DNA of 64,000 nt. Source: Spirochaetia bacterium (GTDB taxonomy: Bacteria; Spirochaetota; Spirochaetia; SZUA-6; Bin103). The translations under genes were made by a program, and so were the position numbers. The DNA lies in NCBI GenBank assembly GCA_965199955.1, contig CBDATQ010000002.1:704001-768000 (forward strand), in the 5' to 3' direction. The notes beneath the pieces are model-generated. The model saw only the letters and a program-made list of their open reading frames with translations, did not search any database and was not told the DNA's origin. Positions 58,220 to 64,000 of the stretch are shown here, in pieces. Positions within the stretch are counted from its first letter, which is position 1; every line of letters begins with the position of its first letter.

Positions 58220-58309
58220 CCGATCATCCTCCTGCCTGTCCCGGCCGCGGTCGACGCGGTCGCCGCGGCGCGCGCCGATCGTTAGTATGCCCGAACGGAG
58301 GTATCGCCG

Positions 58310-59524
58310 ATGAGTTCAGAGTGTTGCGGGTGGGACGATCTGCTGGCCCGCTCGGTGCCGAGCGAGCCGGTGGCGCGCACGGCGCATCCGACGGCACCGT
58401 ACGACTTCGGGGTCGCCTATCCCGATCCCGACTCGCTGCCGCTCGACGCGCTGGTCGAGTGCCTGCGTGAAGAGCTGGCCGTCGCCGGACGCAGCCTGGC
58501 GCACTACCCGCACCCGCTCGGCTATCCGCCGCTGCGCGAGTGGCTGACCGGCCGGCTCGCGGAGACGCGCGGATTCACGGTGGACGCCGACAGCATTCTC
58601 CTGGGCTCCGGGTCGAGCGAGCCCAACTTCCTGGTCGCGCAGGCGCTGGTCGACCCCGGTGACGTGGTGCTGGTCGAGGACTTCACCTATGCCGGCACGC
58701 TCGGCATCCTGCGTCGCTTCGGCGCCGACATCCGCGGCGTGGAATCTGACGACGACGGCATGCTGCCCGACTCGCTGGAGTACCAGATCCAGGCCGCATT
58801 GCAGGACGGCAAGCGCGTGAAGGCGGTCTATACGGTGCCGACCTTTCAGAACCCGCTCGGCTGGGTCGAGTCGATGGCGCGGCGCGAGGCCGTGAGCGAG
58901 ATCACCGGCCGCTACGGCGTGCCGGTGTGGGAGGACGACTGCTACGTCGACCTGGCCTTCGAGGGCCAGGAGGTGCCGGCGGCGATGCGCTCGCTCGACG
59001 ACAGCGGCCGCACCATCTACGTCGCCTCCTTCTCGAAGAACATCGGACCGGGCATGCGCATCGGTTACGTGACCGCGGCCCCGGACCTGATGGATCGCAT
59101 GATGGCCGTCAAGGGCGTCGGCGCCGTCAGTCAGTTCACCGCCATGGCCGTGCACCGCTATGCCGAGAGCGGAGGGCTTGCCGCCCACATCGGCCGCGTA
59201 CGCGGCTTGCTGCAGGCCAAGCGTGACGCGATCCTGGCGGCGCTCGAGACGCACTTGGGCGGACGCGCGCGTTGGACCAGCCCGTCCGGCGGCCTGTTCG
59301 TGTTCGTGCAGATGCTCGACGGCTCGGATGCGGTGGCAGCCAGTGAGCGCGGCGCCGAGAACGGCGTGCTGTTCGCGCCGGGACCGCGCACCGCCGCCGA
59401 CGGCGTGTCGGGCCGCGACCGGATGCGGCTGTGCTTCGGCTGGAACCGGCCGGACGAGATGGACGCCGCCATCGCGGCGCTCGCCGGACTGCTGGAGCCG
59501 GCCGTGGAGGCGGTCGCCGGCTAA
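58310..59524 (+). CDS. PLP-dependent aminotransferase (LysN/ARO8-like, no HTH)
   Basis: PTFQNPLG, EDDCY, SFSKNIGPGMRIG, GGLFV. Confidence 0.9.
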   Translation: MSSECCGWDDLLARSVPSEPVARTAHPTAPYDFGVAYPDPDSLPLDALVECLREELAVAGRSLAHYPHPLGYPPLREWLTGRLAETRGFTVDADSILLGSGSSEPNFLVAQALVDPGDVVLVEDFTYAGTLGILRRFGADIRGVESDDDGMLPDSLEYQIQAALQDGKRVKAVYTVPTFQNPLGWVESMARREAVSEITGRYGVPVWEDDCYVDLAFEGQEVPAAMRSLDDSGRTIYVASFSKNIGPGMRIGYVTAAPDLMDRMMAVKGVGAVSQFTAMAVHRYAESGGLAAHIGRVRGLLQAKRDAILAALETHLGGRARWTSPSGGLFVFVQMLDGSDAVAASERGAENGVLFAPGPRTAADGVSGRDRMRLCFGWNRPDEMDAAIAALAGLLEPAVEAVAG

Positions 59525-60543
59525 GCGGAGCGCTCCAGCAGCGCGGAGAGGCGTTCGGCCAGGGACCGGCCTATTTCCATCATGCCGTAGTCGGCGGGGT
59601 GGATGAGATCGGCGCTCAGGCAGCTGATGTCGGTGAGCAGATCCGGTCCCTCGAGCAGGTGGGCGTTCGCGTGGCCGGTGGCCGCCACCGCGTCGCGCAG
59701 CTCCTGGCGGTACTCCTCCGGGGTGCCGCCATACTCGCCCGGCGGCTCCCAGCCGAAGTCGCGATAGTAGGGCCAGAGTGTGATGCAGGCGACCGGCCGG
59801 CCGGCGTCGGAGCCGGCGACGCGGTCGACCAGGTACTGGACGCGCCGCCGGAACTCCGCCATCGGGAAGCCCTGCATGTTCACCGACAAGCCCAGGCTGG
59901 CGACGTGCCAGTCGGTGCGCTCGGCCATGTAGTCGGCGATCTCCGGCTCGCAGTGCGCGGAGCCGGCCACGCCCAGGTTGATCAGGTCGGCGCCCAGGCG
60001 GCGCGCCGCGTGGCCGACGTAGGTCAGGTGTGGCCCCTCGGCGAAGTAGCCGTGCGTGATCGAGGTGCCGTAGGTGAGCAGGCGCAGTGACGGCAGCTCG
60101 TCCGCCGCCGGCGGGCGGATCTCCTCGCCTTCGACGCCGTGCAGCAGCAAGGGGTCGCGCTCGGGCCCGCCCAGGACCAGCCGCACCACGCGCGGCGAGA
60201 ACGGCATGCTGGCGGTGTAGCGGTCGGGGAGGGCTTCGAGCGCCTCGCTGGGGAAGACCTCGATGGTCTGCGGCTCGCGGCCGACGACGGCGCGCTGGTA
60301 GGAGTCGAACTGACCGAAGAAGACGCTGACGCGGGTCTGCCCGTGCGAGGAGAGCGTCACTCGCGACGGTCCCGTGGCCACGTAGCGGATCTCGGCGTTG
60401 TCCGGCTGCAGGACGCAGAGCTGCGCGCCGGGATTCAGCGCCCTGCGCACCGACGCCGGCACGCGCTGCAGCCGGTAGCCGCCGCGGCGTGCCTCGTAGC
60501 GCAGCTCGGCGACGTTGTGCAGCTCGACGCGCTCGTGGATCAT
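59521..60543 (-). CDS. SGNH/GDSL hydrolase family protein
   Basis: YGTSITHG, NLGVAG, SVN, DLIHP. Confidence 0.85.
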   Translation of the reverse strand: MIHERVELHNVAELRYEARRGGYRLQRVPASVRRALNPGAQLCVLQPDNAEIRYVATGPSRVTLSSHGQTRVSVFFGQFDSYQRAVVGREPQTIEVFPSEALEALPDRYTASMPFSPRVVRLVLGGPERDPLLLHGVEGEEIRPPAADELPSLRLLTYGTSITHGYFAEGPHLTYVGHAARRLGADLINLGVAGSAHCEPEIADYMAERTDWHVASLGLSVNMQGFPMAEFRRRVQYLVDRVAGSDAGRPVACITLWPYYRDFGWEPPGEYGGTPEEYRQELRDAVAATGHANAHLLEGPDLLTDISCLSADLIHPADYGMMEIGRSLAERLSALLERSA

Positions 60544-60553
60544 GCGGGCAGGA

Positions 60554-61612
60554 TCATGCCGGATGGCGCAGGCGTAGCTGCCCGGCGGCCGCGCACATCG
60601 CCCTCAGCTTCAGGTACGCCTCGTCGACGGGGATCGGGTTCTGCACCGACGGGGCGAATCCGCAGTCGGGGTTGAGCACGATCCGCTCCTTGTCCACGTG
60701 GCGCATGGCGGCCTCCACGCGGGCGACGATCGTCTCCGGCGCCTCGATGGCTTCGTCGCAGTGGTCGACGCAGCCCAGCCCCAGGCGCGCGTCCCGGTGG
60801 AAGCCGGCCAGGGACTGGATGCCGCCGGCGTCCGGGGTGGCGTACTCCATCAGGATGGTGCCGACCCGCGCGCGGGCCAGGGCCGGCATGATCAGGTCGT
60901 AGGAGCCTGCGGTGCTGTGCTGGTGCTGGAAGTGGGCGTGGCACAGGTGCATGGCGGTGTCGATGCCGGCGACCCCCTCCAGGGTGCGGTTGAGCAGATC
61001 GATGCAGAGCTCCATCTCCGGCACGGGATCGCCGATGCCTTCTTCGGCGCGGAACTCCGGGTCGACCATCACGGCGAGCCACGGCTCGTCGAGCTGCACG
61101 ACGTCGGCGCCGGCAGCGCGTACCGCCTCGATCTCCCGCCGCAGGATCGGCACCACCGCCTCCATCAGGTCCTCGCGCCGGGGATAGGCGTCCCGCGAGT
61201 GGTCGGGATGCCACATGCGCCGGCCGATGATGTACGGCGCAGGCAGCGTGATCTTGAGCCGCCGCGTGGTACGTGGTCGGGCGAAGGCGACCTCCTCGGC
61301 GGCGATCGGCCGGTAATACTCGATCGGCTCGACGACCGCAGGATAGGGGATGTTGCTGATATTGAGATCGTTGCGGAAGCCGCGCACCCGCTCGGCGAAC
61401 ACCTTGACGTAGCTCTCGCGCCGCCACTCCCCGTCGGTGAGCTCGTCCAGCCCGGCGCGTTCCTGCAGGGAGATCGCCATGGCAGCGGCCCGGTCCAGGT
61501 GCGGGTCGGCATCCTCCTCGGTGATGCGGCCGTCCTTGCGGTCCAGGATCAACTCCCGCAGCCACTCGGGCCGCGGCAGGCTGCCGACGACGGTGGTGGG
61601 AAACAGCGCCAT
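60554..61612 (-). CDS. Cobalamin-independent methionine synthase II family protein (catalytic barrel only)
   Basis: VGSLPRP, TDGEWRR, QLDEP, HLC, NPDCGF Zn ligands. Confidence 0.88.
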   Translation of the reverse strand: MALFPTTVVGSLPRPEWLRELILDRKDGRITEEDADPHLDRAAAMAISLQERAGLDELTDGEWRRESYVKVFAERVRGFRNDLNISNIPYPAVVEPIEYYRPIAAEEVAFARPRTTRRLKITLPAPYIIGRRMWHPDHSRDAYPRREDLMEAVVPILRREIEAVRAAGADVVQLDEPWLAVMVDPEFRAEEGIGDPVPEMELCIDLLNRTLEGVAGIDTAMHLCHAHFQHQHSTAGSYDLIMPALARARVGTILMEYATPDAGGIQSLAGFHRDARLGLGCVDHCDEAIEAPETIVARVEAAMRHVDKERIVLNPDCGFAPSVQNPIPVDEAYLKLRAMCAAAGQLRLRHPA

Positions 61613-61690
61613 GTCTCTTACCTCGCGGTCACGAGCATACGCGCGCGGCAGCGCTCACCGCCAGCCGGCCGGGATCGTTGTGCGTCTCGG

Positions 61691-62908
61691 CTACTGCGGC
61701 GTTGTGTCTGCAGCTTGGCGGCGGATGAATCTGCGCAGAAGCGGCACGGCAAACGAGTACCTTCCATGTCGATTCTTGTACACCAGGCCCTGGGCTGCCA
61801 GCGCGACGAGCATCTGGTTGACGTGGCTGCTGCTGAATGGCTTTTCTGAAGCTCGCAGCGACTCCGCGACCACATCCTGAACCGTGAACTCATCGTCACA
61901 GCTCGGAAGCCGGGAAATGACGAACAGCAGATCGCGCTGGCGATCGGTCGCGCGAGCCCATCGTCCTGCAAAGAAGTCCGCGTCGAGCTTTTTTTCGATC
62001 TCCGCAACCGGAACCAACGCCTGACCACCCATTTCGAGCCTCTGCATGAAGGCGTCGTACACCTCTCTGCAGATGAACTGAATGAAGTACGGATACCCTC
62101 CCGACTGCTCGACGATCGTCTCGACGGAGTCGTCACTGAGACTGACCGGACAGTGCGAGTCTTCCACGGGTCTGCGAACCGCTTGTTCGCTCTCCTCCCT
62201 GTTCAGGCTCTGCAGAAACACCACCCTGAACATCCGTTCGGCAAAGGTCCGTGCCTCCACTAGCTTGGGAAACAAGGTCGGCAGCCCCGTCAGGACCAGC
62301 ATCAGGGGAAGCCCCTTGCGCTGCAGCGATTGGAACGTGTCGAGCAGGAGCGACAACGGATACTGTTCCTTGGTCGACTGATCCGAGAGGTTCTGTGCTT
62401 CGTCATACGCAAAGACGATCCCAGGCACGTTCGGTGACTTTGATACGGCGCCCCACGCGAGTTCGAGAACTGTCTTGAGCTTGTCGAGCGCCAGACCTGG
62501 AGTGTGGTTGTAGATCTCGATGAGCTCCCGGTAGCCGAGTGTTCGCTTGATGGTATCCGCCGTTGTCGCGAATCCCGCGTGCCGTACCTCGTCGACGGCG
62601 ACGACCACGCCGGAGGTGACCGGCGCCAGATCGGTGCACAGCCGTATGGCCATGGTCTCCTCGCTCACGCTGGTCGACTCGGAGAGGTCAGTCCCCACCC
62701 ACAGCCAGCCGCGGCGGATTGCCTCTGGCTTGAATGAGTCGAGAAGGACAGTCTTGCCCACTCCTCGAAGTCCGGTGAGCACCATGTTCTCCAGGATCGC
62801 GGTCTGCCGGAGCAGCCTCAGGAACTCCTGACGCTCCGCGTACCTGCCCGCGAGGTATGGCGGTGGGTGGCCCGCACCAGGGCGAAACGGGTTGGAGAAG
62901 CCGGTCAT
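61691..62908 (-). CDS. AAA-family ATP-binding protein with C-terminal winged helix
   Basis: NPFRPGAG..P.YLAGR, Walker A GLRGVGKT, Walker B FAYDEAQ, SGGYPYFIQ, GLVY..HGRYSF. Confidence 0.88.
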   Translation of the reverse strand: MTGFSNPFRPGAGHPPPYLAGRYAERQEFLRLLRQTAILENMVLTGLRGVGKTVLLDSFKPEAIRRGWLWVGTDLSESTSVSEETMAIRLCTDLAPVTSGVVVAVDEVRHAGFATTADTIKRTLGYRELIEIYNHTPGLALDKLKTVLELAWGAVSKSPNVPGIVFAYDEAQNLSDQSTKEQYPLSLLLDTFQSLQRKGLPLMLVLTGLPTLFPKLVEARTFAERMFRVVFLQSLNREESEQAVRRPVEDSHCPVSLSDDSVETIVEQSGGYPYFIQFICREVYDAFMQRLEMGGQALVPVAEIEKKLDADFFAGRWARATDRQRDLLFVISRLPSCDDEFTVQDVVAESLRASEKPFSSSHVNQMLVALAAQGLVYKNRHGRYSFAVPLLRRFIRRQAADTTPQ

Positions 62909-62940
62909 GTGAGCGTTACCTCCTTCAACACTTGAGCATA

Positions 62941-62969
62941 AATTTAGTAGTACGACTTTATTTAGTCAA
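62941..62969 (-). promoter_or_regulatory. Sigma70 promoter of the AAA ATPase gene
   Basis: TTGACT-17 bp-TAAATT in an AT-rich patch, followed by AAGGAGGT RBS. Confidence 0.75.
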
Positions 62970-63042
62970 CAGGGTTGAAGGGAGTCAGCTTCAGAACGCA
63001 CCGTGCGCCGACCCGAATGGGGAGACGGGCGAGTCCGGGCGC

Positions 63043-63999
63043 TCACCGCCAGCGGAGCAGCTTGAGCCGGTTGTTGAAGTGGTCAGCGAAGAGCAGGTGG
63101 TCGTCGCCGTAGCGCCGGATGCCGCCGAGGTGGTTGAAGCGGGCGCTGGCGGCCGGGCCGGAGCCGGTCTCGCCGGCCTCGCCGCAGCCGGCCAGGGTGC
63201 GCAGCTCGCCGGCCGCGGTCAGGCAGCGGATCAGGTGGTTGCCGGAGTCGGTGAAGAACAGCGTGCCGTCCGGGGCGACGTCGAGCCCGCGCGGGGTGTC
63301 GATACGCGCGCGCCGCGGGTCGTTCCCGTCTGCGGCCTGCCCGGCCGTGCCGTCGCCGATCACGGTGTCGATGATCCCGTTCGGAGCCACGCGGCGGATG
63401 ACGTGATGGACGCTGTCGGCGAAGTACAGGCTGCCGTCCGGGCCGAAGGCGAGCGCTTCCGGCGTGCCGACGCGGGCGGCGGTGGCCTTGCCGCCGTCTC
63501 CGCAGTAGCCGGGCAGTCCGATGCCGGCCACCGTGATGACGATGCCGGTCTGCGGGTCGATGCGCCGCACGCGGCCCACGGCGTCGCCGAAGTACAGCGC
63601 GTCGTCCGGGCCGTAGCGCACCGACATCACCATCACCACGCTGGCGCTGATCGCCGGACCGCCGTCGCCCTTGTCCCAGGGCTGGCCGATGCCGCAGGCG
63701 GCGCGGATCGTGTCGCGCTCATCGATCACGCGGACGTGATGGTGGCGGCTGTCGGCGATGGCGACCCGCCCGTGGCGGTCGACCGCCACGTCGGTCGGGT
63801 TGCCCAGGTAGGCATCGGGCGCCGGGCCGCCGTCGCCGCCGTAGGCGCGGGCGCCGTTGCCGGCGACGGTCGCGATCGTGCCGCTGGCGGCGTCGATGCG
63901 GCGGACGCGCTGGTTCCAGCGGTCGGCGAAGTAGATGGAGCCGTCGGCGGCAACGGCGATCCCCAGTGGGCCGCGCAGGAAGGCGTTGTCGGCCGCCGC
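63043..63999 (-). CDS. NHL-repeat beta-propeller protein, 5' end outside window
   Basis: Repeated P.GIAV..DG.IYFAD..N.RVRRID..G.I.TVAG.G...GDGGPA units. Confidence 0.9.
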   Translation of the reverse strand, partial: AAADNAFLRGPLGIAVAADGSIYFADRWNQRVRRIDAASGTIATVAGNGARAYGGDGGPAPDAYLGNPTDVAVDRHGRVAIADSRHHHVRVIDERDTIRAACGIGQPWDKGDGGPAISASVVMVMSVRYGPDDALYFGDAVGRVRRIDPQTGIVITVAGIGLPGYCGDGGKATAARVGTPEALAFGPDGSLYFADSVHHVIRRVAPNGIIDTVIGDGTAGQAADGNDPRRARIDTPRGLDVAPDGTLFFTDSGNHLIRCLTAAGELRTLAGCGEAGETGSGPAASARFNHLGGIRRYGDDHLLFADHFNNRLKLLRWR

Positions 64000-64000
64000 G

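Overview
High-GC bacterial chromosomal segment, mostly catabolic genes. It holds three ABC importer modules without ATPase genes (one family-5, two carbohydrate family-1), a GH116 glycosidase, a sulfatase, a PhyH dioxygenase, Gfo/Idh/MocA, AKR and SDR oxidoreductases, scattered beta-oxidation genes, hemL, tdh-kbl and a PDH E2. It also holds a CP-ATP-grasp/alpha-E pair, two toxin-antitoxin modules (DUF433-PIN, MNT-HEPN), an orphan AAA ATPase and an NHL-repeat protein. A mobile-element nest at 46.05-49.33 kb contains a terminator followed by two group IIC intron-like 5' stubs, an intact IS1634-family element and an internally deleted ISKra4-like element with an 8-bp target duplication. Best candidates for undescribed biology: (i) an E1beta-E1alpha-(lipoyl+PSBD only)-cupin operon with no E2 catalytic domain; (ii) a 1025-aa unassigned carbohydrate-enzyme-like protein heading an ABC operon; (iii) a possible glycolipid-foraging neighbourhood; (iv) tandem permease paralogs each with its own promoter. 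Several genes carry 1-2 nt indels (possibly assembly errors) and several have real internal deletions. No rRNA, tRNA or CRISPR array was seen. All family calls come from motif recognition by eye, not database searches. Gene content and SBP signal style suggest a host-associated (possibly sponge) spirochaete-like organism, which is inference only.
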